Positions 13,701-27,329 of a stretch of DNA of 64,000 nucleotides are shown here, one piece after another. The position numbers and the translations under genes are program-made. The notes below the pieces were generated by a model. It saw nothing but the letters and a program-made list of their open reading frames with translations. It did no database searches and was not told the DNA's origin. The stretch comes from the human T2T-CHM13v2.0 reference genome, Homo sapiens. The stretch is from assembly GCF_009914755.1 (NCBI RefSeq), contig NC_060944.1, one strand, 5' to 3'. The first letter of the stretch is position 1. Each line of letters begins with the position of its first letter.

Positions 13701-16700
13701 AGAATGGAGTGGAATTGATTGAAGTTGATATGAATGGAATGGAATCAACTGGAATGGAACAGAATGGAATGGAATGGAATGGAAGCAACTAGAATGGAAA
13801 GGAATGGAATGGAATGCAATGGAATGGAATGGAATGGAATGGAATCAACAAAAGTGGAATGAAATGGAATGGAATACAACGGAATGGAATGGAATGGAAT
13901 GGAATAAACCAGAGTGGAATGGAATGGAATGGAATGCAATGGATTCGTTTGGAATTTAATTAACCCGATTGGAATGGAGTGGAATGGATTGTAATGGAAT
14001 GGAAAGAAGCCGATTGGAATGCAGTGGACTGCAAAGGAATGGAATTGAAAAAGATGGAATGGAATGGAATGGAATGGAATGCAATGGAATGGAATGGAAT
14101 GAAATGGAATCAACCCGAGTGGAATGGAATGGAATGGAATGGAAAAGAATGGAATGGAATACAATCAACCCGAGTGGAATGGAATGGAGTGGAATGGAAT
14201 GGAATGGATTGGAATGGAATGGAATCGAATGCAATGGAATGGAATAGCGTGGAATGAAATGGAATGCAATGGAAAGGAATCAAGCCAGGTGGAATCGAAA
14301 GGAATGGAATGCAATTGAATGCAAAGGAATTGAATGGAATCAACCCGAGTGGAATGTAATGGCATGGAATGGAGTGGAATGGAATGGAAAGGAATGGAAT
14401 GGATTCAACGCAATTGGAAAGGAATGGAATGGAATGGAATGGAATCAACCCGAGTGGAATGGAGTGCAACGGAATGGAATGAAATGGAATGGAATGGAAT
14501 GGAATGGAATCAACGTGATTGTAAAGGAATGAAATGAAATGGAATGAAATGGAATGCAATTGAATCAACTCGATTGGAAAGGAATGGTTGGAATGCAAAT
14601 GAAAGGAATGGAATGGAATGAAATCAACCCCAATGGAATGGAATGGAATGGAATGGAATGGAATTCAATGGCATGGAATGGAATAGAATGGAATCACCCC
14701 GAGTGGAATTGAATGGAATGGAATGGAATGGAAGGGAAGGGAATGGAATGGAATGGATTCAAACCAAATGGAATGGAATGGAATGGATTGGAATGGAATG
14801 GAATTGAATGGAATAAACTGAAGTGGAATGGTATAGAATGGAAAGGAATGGATTGGAATGGAATGGAATGGGAAGGAATGGAATCAAATAGAATGGAAAG
14901 GAATGGAATGGAATGGAATGCAGTGGAATGGAATGGAATGGAATCAACCCCTGTGGAATGTAATGCAAAGGAATTGAATGGAAATGAATGGAATAAACAA
15001 AAGTGGAATGGAAGGGAATGGAATAGAATTGAATGGAATGGAATGGAAAGCACTGGAGTCAACCCGAATGGAATCGAATGGAATGGAATGCAATGGAATG
15101 GAATGGAATGCAATGGAATGCAATGGAATGGAATGGAATGGAATGGAATGGGATGGAATGGAATCAAACCGAGTGGTGTGGAATGGAATTGAATGGAATG
15201 GAATGGAATAAACTGCAATTGAAAGGAATGGAATGGAATGGAATGGAAACAACCAGAGTGGAATGGAATTGAATGGAATGGAATGGAATGCAATGGAATG
15301 AAATGGAACCAATAAGAGTGGTATGGATTGGAATGGAATGGAATGGAATGAAAGTTAATGGAAAGAACCCGAATGGAATGGAATGGAATGGAATGGAATG
15401 GAAATGAATGGAAAGGAATACACCAGAGTGGAATGGAATAGAATGGAATGGAATGGAATGGAATGGAATGGAATCAACCCGAGTGGAATGGATTTGAATA
15501 GAATGGAAAGGAATAGAATGGATTTGAATGGAATGGAATCAACCCGAGTGGAATGGAAAAGAATGGAATGCAATGGAATGGAATGCATTGGAAGGGAATA
15601 GAATGGAACGAAATCAACCCGAGTGGAATTGAATTGAATGGAATGGAAAGGAACGCAAAAGAATGCAATCAAACCGAGTGGAACAGAGTAGAATGGAATG
15701 GAAGGGAATGGAATGGAATAAACTGGAGTGGAATGGATTGGAGTGGAATGGAATGGAATGGAATGGAATGGAATGGAATGGAATGGAATGTATTGGAATG
15801 GAATGGAATATATTGGAATGGAATGGAATTAAACCGATTGAAATGGAGTGGAATGGAATAGAATGGAATGGAATGGAAAGAAACGGGTTGGAATGCAGTG
15901 GACTGGAAAGAAATGGAATTGAATGGAATGGAATGAAAAGGAATGGAAAGCAATGGAATGGAATGGAATGGAATGGAATCAACACGAATGGAATGGAATT
16001 TAATGGAATGGAATTGAATGGAATGGAATGGACTGGAATTTAATGTAATGGAATAGAATGGAATGGAATCAACCCGAGTGGTATGCCATGGAGTGGAATG
16101 GAATGGAATGGAATGGAATCAACCCGAGTGTTATGCAAAGGAGTGGAATGGAATGGAATGGGGTGGAATGCACTCAACACGAGTAGAATGGAATGGATTG
16201 TAATGGAACGGAATGGAACCTAATGCAATCAAAGCGAATGGAATGGAATGGAATCAACCCGAGTGGAATGGAATGGAATGGAATGGATTGGAATTGAGTG
16301 GAATCAACACGAGTGGAATGGAATGGAATGGAATGCAATGGCATGGAATGGAATGGAATGGAGTGCAACGGAATAGAATGGAATGGAATGGAATGGAATT
16401 GATTGGAATGCAATGGAAAGGAATGGAAAGGAACCACCTCAAATGCAAAGGAATAGAATGGAATGCAATGGAATGGAATGGAATGGAATGGAATGGAATC
16501 AACCCGAGTGGAACGGAATGCAAAGGAACGGAATAGAGTGGAATGGAATTGAATGGAAAGGAACTGAATGGAATGGAATGGAACAGAGTGGAAAGAATGG
16601 CATGAAATGGAATGGAATCAATTCGAGTGTAATGTAATGGAATGGAATGGAATGGAGGGGAATGGAATGGAATGAAAAGGAATGGAATCAATGCAAGTGA

Positions 16701-17350
16701 AATGGAATGGAATGGAATGGTGTGGAATCAACTGGAATGGAATGGAATGGAACAGAATGGAATGGAATTGAATGGAATGGAATCCACGAGAATGGAAAGG
16801 AATGGAATAGAATGGAATCCAATCAACCCGTGTGGAATGTAATGCAAAGGAATGGAATGGGATCAACAAAAGTGTAATGGAAGGGAATGGAATAGTATGG
16901 AATGGAAAGCAATGCAGTCAACACCAATGGAATCGAATGGAGTGGAATCTAATGGAATGGAATGGAATGGAATGGAATGGAATGGAATGGAATGGAAAGG
17001 AATGGAATGGATTCAAACCGAGGGGAGTGGAATGGAATTGAATGTAATGGAATGGAATAAATTGGAATGGAAAGAATGGAATGGAACGGAATGGAATCAA
17101 CCAGAGTGGAATGGAATGGAATGGAATGGAATGGAATGGAATGGAATGGAATGGAATGGAATCAACCCGAGTGGAATGGAATGGAATTGAATTAAATGGA
17201 ATTAACCCGACTGAAATGGAATGGAAAGGAATGGAATGGAATTTAATGGAATGGAATTGAATGGAATGGAATGCAAAGGAACGGAAAGGAATGGAATGGA
17301 ATGGAATGGAATGGAGTCAATGCAAGTGTAATTGAATGGAATGGAATGGA
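5905..17350 (+). repeat. Older, diverged ~6.4-7.1 kb higher-order periodicity (about 1.6 units)
   Basis: The same landmark order recurs: CCACC(C/T)GATTAG ~5917/13012, GTAAATAAAA 6295/13400, GAGAGGAGGCAAA ~6482/13532, CAAGCCAGGT 7331/14281, AACTGCAATTG ~8292/15212, CCACCT(G/C)AAA ~10021/16434, ACCGAGGGGAG ~10655/17017. Confidence 0.75.
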
Positions 17351-17880
17351 ATGGAATGGAATGGAATGGAATGGAATGGAATGGAATGGAATGGAATGGA
17401 GAGGAATGGAATGGAATTGATTTGAATGGAATGGAATCAACTGGAATGGAATGCAATGAAATGGAATGCAATGGAATGGAATCAAATAGAATAGAAACGA
17501 ATGGAATGGAATGGAATGCAGTGGAATAGAATGGAATGGAATCAACCCGTGTGGAATGTAAGGAAAAGGAATGGAATGGAATGGAATGGAATCAACAAAA
17601 TTGGAAGGGAAGGGAATGGAATAGAATGGAATGGAATGGAATGGAATCTACAAAAGTGGAATGGAATGGAATGGAATACAATGGAAAGGAATGGAATGGA
17701 ATGGAATAAACCGGAGTGGAATGGAATGGAATGGAATGCAATGGATTCGATTGGAAATTAATTAACCCGATTGGAATGGAGTGGAATTGAATGGAATGGA
17801 AAGAAGCCGATTGGAATGCAGTGGACTGAAAAGGAATGGAATTGAAAGGGATGGAATGGAATGGAATGGAATGCAATGGA
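12160..17880 (+). repeat. Segment with a close paralog at ~43640-49640 (offset 31.5-32.0 kb)
   Basis: Shares rare variants CAACCAGGTTGAAATG, CAATCTTACTGG, CCACCCACGTGG, GGATCTAAAT, TTGAAGTTGATA, GAAAGTTAATGG, AAACGGGTTGG and CAACAAAATTGG. ORF pairs 14713/46210, 15474/47470 and 16642/48628. Confidence 0.9.
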
Positions 17881-18295
17881 ATGGAATGGAATGGAATGGA
17901 ATCAACCCGAGTGGAATGGAATAGAATGGAATGGAATGCAATCAACCCAAGTGGAATGGAATGGAGTGGAATGGAATCGAATGGAATGGATTGGAATGGA
18001 ATGGAATCGAATGCAATGGAATGGAATAGCATGGAAAGTAATGGAATGCAATGGAAAGGAATCAAGCCAGGTGGAATCGAAAGGAATGGAATGGAATTGA
18101 ATGCAATGGAATTGAATGGAATCAAGCCGAGTGGAATGTAATGGCATGGAATGGAGTAGAATGGAATGGAAAGGAATGGAATGGATTCAACGCGATTGGA
18201 AAGGAATGGAATGGAATCAACCCGAGTGGAATGGAGTGCAACGGAATGGAATGAAATGGAATGGAATGGAATGGAATGGAATAGAATGGAATGGA

Positions 18296-18600
18296 ATCAA
18301 CGTGATTGTAAAGGAATGAAATGAAATGGAATGGAATGGAAGGCAATTGAATCAACTCGATTGGAAAGGAAGGGTTGCAATGGAAATGAAAGGAATGGAA
18401 TGCAATGAAATCAACCCGAATGGAATGGAATGGAATGGAATGGAATGGAATCAACGTGATTGTAAAGGAATGAAATGAAATGGAATGGAATGGAATGCAA
18501 TTGAATCAACTCGATTGGAAAGGAATGGTTGGAATGGAAATGAAAGGAATGGAATGGAATGAAATCAACCCGAATGGAATGGAATGGAATGGAATGGAAT
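18296..18600 (+). repeat. Local tandem duplication, 154 bp unit
   Basis: CGTGATTGTAAAGG...CAACTCGATTGG...GGAAATGAAAGG occurs at 18301 and again at 18455. Confidence 0.85.
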
Positions 18601-21435
18601 GGAATGGAATGGAAGGGAATGGAATGGAATATACCAGAGTGGAATGGAATACAATGGAATGGAAGGGAGTGGAATCAACCACAGTGGAATGGAATGGAAT
18701 GGAATGGAATGGAATGGAATGGTATGGAATGGAATGGAATCGATTGGAAACAAAACGAGTGTAATGGAATGGAATGGAAAGGAATGGAATGGAATGAAAT
18801 CAACCCGAGTGAAATGGAATGGAATGGAATGGGATGGAATAGAATGCAATGGACTGGATTGGAATCAATCTGAGTGGAATGGAAAGGAATGCAAAGGAAT
18901 GGGATTGAAGGGAATGGAATGGAATGGAATGGAATGGAATAAACCCGAGTAGAATGCAATGGAAGGGAATGGAATCGAATGTAATGGAATGGCATTGAAT
19001 GGAATCAACACGAGTGGAATGGAATGGAATGGAATGGATTGGAGTGGCACGGAATCAACCCCAGTGGAATGTAATGTAAAGGAATGGAATGGAATGGAGT
19101 AGAATGAACCCGAGTCGAATGGAATGGTATGGAATGAAACGGAATGGAATGGAATGGTATGGAATGGAATGGAATGGTATTGAACGGAATGGAATGGAAT
19201 GGAATAGAATCCAATCCAGTGTAAAGGAATGGAACGGAATGGAATGGAATGGAATGGACTGGAATGGAATGGAAAAGAATGGACTGGAATGGAATAAATT
19301 GCAGTGGAATGGTATGGAATGCAAAGTAATATAATGAAAATGAGTGGAATCCACCAAAATGGAAAGGAAAGGAATGGAATGGAATGGAATGAATGGAATG
19401 GATTGGAAAGGAATCAACCCGAGTGGAAAGGAAAGGAATGGAATGGAATGGAATGGAATGGAATGGAATGGAATGGAAAGGAATGGAATGGAATGGATTG
19501 GAATGGAATCACCCCGTGTGGAATGGAAAGAATGGAATGGAATGGAAAGCAATGGCATGGAATGGAATGGAAAGGAATCGAATGGAATGGAATGGAATGG
19601 AATGGAATGGAATGGAATCAACCCGGGTGGAATGTAATGGAGTGAAATGGAATGGAATGGAATGGAATGAAATGGATTGGAATCAACCTGCGTGGAATGT
19701 AGTGCATTCGAATTGAATGGAATCAACAAGATAGGAATAGAATGAAATGGAATGGAATTCAATGGAATGGAATGGAATGGAATGCAATGGAATCAACCCA
19801 AATGGAATGTAATGAAATGGAATTGAATGGAATTACCCCGAGTGAACTGGCAGGGAAAGGAACGGAATAGAATTTAATGGAATGGAATGGCATGCAATGG
19901 AATCAACACGAGTGCAATGGAATGCCATGAAATGGAATGCAATGCAATGGAATGGAACCAATAAGAGGGGAATGGATTGGAATGGAGTGGAATGGAATGA
20001 AAGGGAATGGAATCAACCCGAGTGGAATGGAATGGAATGGAATGGAATGGAATGGAATGGAATGGAATGGAAAGGAATGGAATGGAATGGAATGGAATGC
20101 AATGGAATGGAATACACCAGAGTGGAATGGAATAGAATGGAATGGAATGGAGTGGAATCAACCCCATTGGAATGGAATGGAATGGAATTGAAAGGAATGG
20201 AATGGAATGGGATGGAATGGGTTGGAATCAAACCGAGTGGAATGCAATGGAATGCAATGGAATGGAAAGGAATGGAATGGAATGAAATAAACCCGAATGG
20301 AATGGAATGAAATGGAATGGAATGGAATGGAATGGAATGGAATGGAATGGAATGGAATAGAATGGAATGGAGTGGACTGGAATCAATCTGAGTGGAATGG
20401 AAAGGAATGGAAAGGAATGGAATTGAATGGAATGCAATGCAATGGAATCAACCAGAGTGGAATTGAGTGTAATGGATCGAAATGGAATGGAATGGAATGG
20501 AATGGAATAAACCTGAGTAGAATGCAATGGTAGGGAATGGAATCGAATGGAATGGAATGGCATTGAATGGAATCAACACGAGTGGAATGGAATGGAATGG
20601 ATTGGATTGGAAAGTTATGGAATCAACCCGAATGGAATGTAATGGAAAGGAATGGAATGGAATGCAGTGTAATTAACCCGAGTGGAATGGAATGGTATGG
20701 AGTGAAATGGAACGGAATGGAATGGTATGGAATGGAATGGAATGAAAAGGAAAGGAAAGCAATGGAATCAAAACGAGTGGAATGGAATGGAATGTAAAGA
20801 AATGAAGTGGAATTCAATAGAATCAACACGAGTGGAATGAAATGGAAAGGAATTTAACGGAATGGAATGGAATGGAATGGAATCCAATCCAATGTAAAGG
20901 AATGGAATGGAACGGAATAGAATGGAATGGAATGGAATGGAATGGAATGGAATGGAATGGAATGGAAAAAATTCGAGTGGAATGGAATGGAATGCAAAGT
21001 AATATAATGAAAATGAATGGAATCCACCCGAATGGAAAGGAAAGGAAAGGAATGGAATGGAATGGAATGGAATTGAATGGAATGGAATGGAATGGAATCA
21101 ACCCGAGTGGAATGGAATTGAATGGAATGGAATGGAATTAACCCGAGTGAAATAGAATGGAAAGGAACGGAATGGAATTTAATGGAATGGAATGGAATGG
21201 AATCAACCTGAGTGGACTGGAATGAAATGGAGTGGAATGGAAAGCAATGGAATTGAATGGAATCAACCAGAGTTGAATGGAATTGAATGGAATGGAATGA
21301 AATGGAATCAACCCAAATGGAATGTAATGAAATGTAATTTAATGTAATTACCCCGAGTGAAATGGCATGGAAAGGAAAGGAATAAAATTTAATGGAATGG
21401 AATGGCATGCAATGGAATCTACCCCAGTGGAATGG

Positions 21436-21565
21436 AATGGCATGAAATGGAATGCAATGCAATGGAATGGAACCACTAAGAGTGGAATGGATTGGAATGG
21501 AATGGCATGAAATGGAATGCAATGCAATGGAATGGAACCACTAAGAGTGGAATGGATTGGAATGG
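21436..21565 (+). repeat. Local tandem duplication, 65 bp unit
   Basis: CATGAAATGGAATGCAATGCAATGGAATGGAACCACTAAGAGTGG at 21441 and 21506. Both copies carry the private ACCACTAAG variant (ACCAATAAG elsewhere). Confidence 0.9.
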
Positions 21566-21849
21566 AATGGAATGGAATGAAAGGGAATGGAATCAACCCG
21601 AGAGGAATGGAATGGAATGGAATGCAATGGAATGGAATGGAATGCAATGGATTGGAATGGAATACACCAGAGTGGAATGGAATAGAATGGAATGGAATGG
21701 AGTGGATTCAACCCCAGTGGAATGGAATTGAATGGAATGGAATGGAATGGAATGGAATGGAATGGAATGGAATGGAATGCAATGGAATGGAATGGAATCA
21801 AACCGAGTGTAATGGAATGGAATGGAATGGAAAGGAATGGAATGGAATG

Positions 21850-23050
21850 AAATCAACCCGAGTGGAATGGAATGGAATGGGATGGAATAGAATGAAATTG
21901 AGTGGATTGGAATCAATCTGAGTGGAATGGAATGGAATGGAATTGAAGAGAATGGAATGGAATGCAATGGAATGGAATGGAATGGAATGGAATGGAAAGG
22001 AATCAACCAGAGTGGAATTGACTGTAATGGACCGGAATGGAATGGAATGGAATGGAATGGAATGGAATGGAATGGGAAGGAATGGAATAGAATGGAATGG
22101 AAAGGAATGGATTAGAGTGGAATGGAATGGAATGGAATGGAATGGAATGGAATGGAATGGTATCAATGCAAGTGTAATTGAATGGAATGGAATGGAATGG
22201 AATGGAGCGGAATGGAATGGAATTGATTTGAATGCAATGGAATCACCTGGAATCGAATGGAATGGAATGGAATCAAATAGAATGGAAAGGAATGGAATGG
22301 AATGGACTGCAGTTGAATGGAATGGAATGGAATCAACCTGTGTGGAATGTAATGCAAAGGAATGGAATGGAACGGAATGGAATGGAATGGAATGGAATGG
22401 AATGGAATGGAATCAACAAAAGTGGAATGGAACGGAGTGGAATAGAATGGAATGGAATGAAATCAACCCAAGTGGAATGGAATGGAATGGGATGGAATAG
22501 AATGAAATTGAGTGGATTGGAATGAATCTGAGTGGAATGGAATGGCATGGAATTGAAGAGAACGGAATGGAATGCAATGGAATGGAATGGAATGGAATGG
22601 AATGGAATGGAAAGGAATCAACCAGAGTGGAATTGACTGTAATGGACCGGAATGGAATGGAATGGAATGGAATGGAATGGAATGGGAAGGAATGGAATAG
22701 AATGGAATGGAAAGGAATGGATTGGAGTGGAATGGAATGGAATGGAATGGAATGGAATGGAATGGTATCAATACAAGTGTAATTGAATGGAATGGAATGG
22801 AATGGAATGGAGCGAAATGGAATGGAATTGATTTGAATGCAATGGAATCACCTGGAATCGAATGGAATGGAATGGAATCAAATAGAATGGAAAGGAATGG
22901 AATGGAATGGACTGCAGTTGAATGGAATGGAATGGAATCAACCTGTGTGGAATGTAATGCAAAGGAATGGAATGGAACGGAATGGAATGGAATGGAATGG
23001 AATGGAATGGAATCAACAAAAGTGGAATGGAAGGGAATGGAATAGAATGG
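21850..23050 (+). repeat. Local tandem duplication, ~605 bp unit
   Basis: GAAATTGAGTGGATTGG ~21894/22504, ACTGTAATGGACCGG 22021/22636, CACCTGGAATCG ~22244/22849, CAACCTGTGTGG. The paralog at ~50990-51540 has a single copy. Confidence 0.9.
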
Positions 23051-26000
23051 AATGGAATGCAATGGAATTGAAAGCAAAGGAGTCAACCCGAATGGAATTG
23101 AATGGAATCGAATGCAATGGAATGGAATGGAATGCAGTGGAATGGAATGGAATGGAATGGAATGGAATGGAATGGAATGGAATGGAATGGAACGGAATGG
23201 AATGGAATGGGATGGAATGGAATGGAATCAGCCAGAGTGGAATAGAATTGAATGGAACGGAATTGAATGGAATCAACCCGAGTGGAATGGAATGGAATGG
23301 AAAGGAATGGAATCAACCAGAGTGGAATGGAATTGAATGGAATGGAATGGAATGGAATCAACCCGAGTGGAATGGAATGGAATGGAAAGGAATGGAATGG
23401 AATGGAATTAACCCAAGTGAAATGGAATGGAAAAGAACGGAATGGAATTTAATGGAATGGAATGGAATGGAATCAACCTGAGTGGACTGGAATGAAATGG
23501 GGTGGAATGGAAAGCAATGGATTTCAATGGAATCTGCCAGAGTTGAATGGAATTGAACGGAATGGAATGGAATGGAATCAACCCAAATGGAATGTAATGG
23601 AATGGAATAGAATGGAATTCCCCCGAGTGAAATGGCATGGAAAGGAACGGAATAGAAATTAATGGAATGAAATGGAATGGAACGGAATCAACATGACTGG
23701 AATGGAATGGAATGAAATGGAATGCAATGCAATGGAATGCAACCAATAAGAGTGGAATGGATTGGAGTGGAATGGATTGGAATGAAAGGGAATGGAATCA
23801 ACCCGAGTGGAATGGAATGGAATGGAATGGAATGAAATACACCAGAGTGGAATGGAATAGAATGGAATGGAATGGAATGGAATCAACCACAGTGGAATGG
23901 ATTGGAAAGGAATGGATTGGAATCAAACCGAGTGTAATGGAATGGAATGGAAAGGAATGGAATAGAATGAAATCAACCCGAGTGAAATGGAATGGATTGG
24001 AATGGGATGGAATAGAATGGAATGGAGTGGATTGGAATCAATCTGAGTGGAATGGAAAGGAAAGGAAAGGAATGGAATTGAAGGGAATGGAATGGAATGG
24101 AATGGAATGGAATGGAATGGAATGGAATGGAATGGAATGGAATAAACCCGAGTAGAATGCAATGGAAGGGAAAGGAATCCAATGTAATGGAATGGCATTG
24201 AATGGAATCAACACGAGTGCAATGGAATGGAATGGAATGGATTGGAGTGGAATGGAATCAACCCCAGTGGAACGTAATGTAAAGAATGGAATGGAATGGA
24301 GTAGAATGAACCCGAGTAGAATGGAATGGTATGGAATGAAACGGAATGGAATGGAATGGTATGGAATGGAATGGAATGGTATTGAACGGAATGGAATGGA
24401 ATTGAATAGAATCCAATCCAGTGTAAAGGAATGGAACGGAATGGAATGCAATGGAATGGAATGGATTGGAATGGAATCACCCCGTGTGTAATAGAAAGAA
24501 TGGAATGGAATGGAAAGCAATGGCATGGAATGGAATGGAAAGGAATCGAATGGAATGGAATGGAATGGAATCAACCCGGGTGGAATGTAATGGAATGAAA
24601 TGGAATGGAATGGAATGGAATGGAATGGAATGGAATGGAATGGAATGGAATGGAATGGAATAAAAGGGATTGGAATCAACCTGCGTGGAATGTAGTGCAT
24701 TCGAATGCAACGGAATCAACACGATAGGAATTGAATGAAATGGAATGGAATTCAACGGAATGCAATGGAATGGAATGGAATGGAATGGAATCAACCCAAA
24801 TGGAATGTAATGAAATGGAATTGAATGGAATTACCCCGAGTGAAATGGCATGGGAAGGAACGGAATAGAATTTAATGGAATGGAATGGCATGCAATGGAA
24901 TCAACCGAGTGCAATGGAATGGCATGAAATGGAATGCAATGCAATGGAATGGAACCAATAAGAGTGGAATGGATTGGAATGGAATGGAATGGAATGAAAG
25001 GGAATGGAATCAACCCGAGTGGAATGGAATGGAATGGAATGCAATGGAATGGAATACACCAGAGTGGAATGGAATAGAATGGAACGGAATGGAGTGGAAT
25101 CAACCACAGTGGAATGGAATGGAATGGAATGGAATGGAATGGAATGGAATGGAATGGGATGGAATGGGTTGGAATCAAACCGAGTGGAATGGAATGGAAT
25201 GCATTGGAATGGAAAGGAATGGAATGGAATGGAATGGAATGGAATGGAATGGAATGGAATGGAATGGAATGGAATAGAATGGAATGGAGTGGATTGGAAT
25301 CAATCTGAGTGGAATGGAAAGGAATGGAAAGGAATGGAATTGAAGAGAAATGAATGGAATGGAATGAAAAGGAATGGAATGGAATGGAATGGAATGGAAT
25401 GGAATGGAATGGAATGGAATGCAATGGAATCAACCAGAGTGGAATTGAGTGTAATGCATCGAAATTGAATGGAATGGAATGGAATAAACATGAGTAGAAT
25501 GTAATGGAAAGGAATGGAATCGAATGGAATGCAATGGCATTGAATGGAATCAACACGAGTGGAATGGAATGGAATGGAGTCGATTGGAAAGTTATGGAAT
25601 CAACGCGAATGGAATATAATGGAATGGAATGGAATGGAATGCAGTGGAATTAACCCGAGTGGAATAGAATGGTATGGAGTGAAATGGAACGGAATGGAAT
25701 GGTATGGAATGGAATGGAATGAAAAGGAAAGGAAAGCAATGGAATCAAAACGAGTGGAATGGAATGGAATGTAAAGAAATGGAGTGGAATTCAATAGAAT
25801 CAACACCAGTGGAATGGAATGGAAAGGAATTGAACGGAATGGAATGGAATGGAATGGAATCCAATCCAATGTAAAGCAATGGAACGGAACGGAATAGAAT
25901 GTAATGGAATGGAAAGGAATGGAATGGAATGCAATGGAAAAAATTGGAGTGGAATGGAATGGAATGAAAACTAATATAATGGAAATGAATGGAATCCACC

Positions 26001-27329
26001 CGAATGGAAAGGAAAGGAATGGAATGGAATGGAATGGAATGGAATTGAATGGAATGGAGAGGAATGGAATGGAATGGAATGGAGAGGAATGGAATGGAAT
26101 TGATTTGAATGCAATGGAATCAACTGGAATGAAATGGAATGGAATGGAATGGAATCAACTAGAATGGAAAGGAATGGAATGGAATGGAATGCACTGGAAT
26201 GGAATGGAATGGAATCAACCCGTGTGGAATGTAATGCAAAGGAATGGAATGGAATGGAATGGAATCAACAAAAGTGTAATGGAAGGGAATGCAATAGAAA
26301 GGAATGGAATGGAATGGAAAGCAATGGAGTCAACCCGAATGGAATCGAATGGAATGGAATGCAATGGAATGGAATGGAATGGAATCAACGTGATTGTAAA
26401 GAAATGAAATGAAATGGAATGGAATGGAATGCAATTGAATCAACTCGATTGTAAAGGAATGGTTGGAATGGAAATGAAAGGAATGGAATGGAATGAAATC
26501 AACACAAATGGAATGGAATGGAATGGAATGGAATTTAATGGAATGGAAAGGAATGGAATGGAATGGAATCACCCCGAGTAGAATTGAATGGAATGGAATG
26601 GAATGGAATGGAAAGGAAGGGAATGCAATGGAATGGATTCAAACCAAATGGAATTGAATGGAATGGATTGGAATGGAATGGAATTTAATGGAATAAACGG
26701 AAGTGGAATGGTATAGAATGCAATGGAATGGATTGGAATGGAATGGAATGGGAAGGAATGCAATAAACTAGAATGGAAAGGAATGGAATGGAATGGAATG
26801 CAGTGGAATGGAATGGAATGGAATCAACCCCTGTGGAATGTAATGCAAAGGAATGGAAAGGACTGGAATGGAATAAACAAAAGTGGAATGGAAGGGAATG
26901 GAATAGAATGGAATGGAAGGAAATGGAATAGAATGCAATGGAATGGAATGGAAAGCAATGGAGTCAACCCGAATGGAATGGAATGGAATGGAATGGCATG
27001 GAATGGAATGGAATGGAATGGAATGGGATGGAATGGAATCAAACCGAGTGGAGTGGAATGGAATTGAATGAAATGGAATGGAATAAACTGCAAATGAAAG
27101 GAATGGAATGGAATGTAATGGAATTGAATGGAATGAAATGGAATCAACCTGAGTGGAATGGAATGAAATGGAATGGTATGGAAAGCAATGGAATTGAATG
27201 GAATCAACCAGAGTTGAATGGAATTGAATGGAAGGGAATGGATTGGAATCAACCCAAATGGAATAGAATGGAATGGAATTGTATGGAATTACCCCGAGTG
27301 AAATGGCATGGAAAGGAACGGAATATAAT

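Larger units (their letters stand above)
18760..26040 (+). repeat. Paralogous blocks 18760-21060 and 23930-26040 (offset ~5.0-5.2 kb)
   Basis: AGAATGAACCCGAGT ~19101/24303, GGTATTGAACGG, AAAGTTATGG ~20611/25588, CCAATCCAATGTAAAG ~20884/25861. ORF pair 20567/25544 has offset 4977. Confidence 0.82.
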
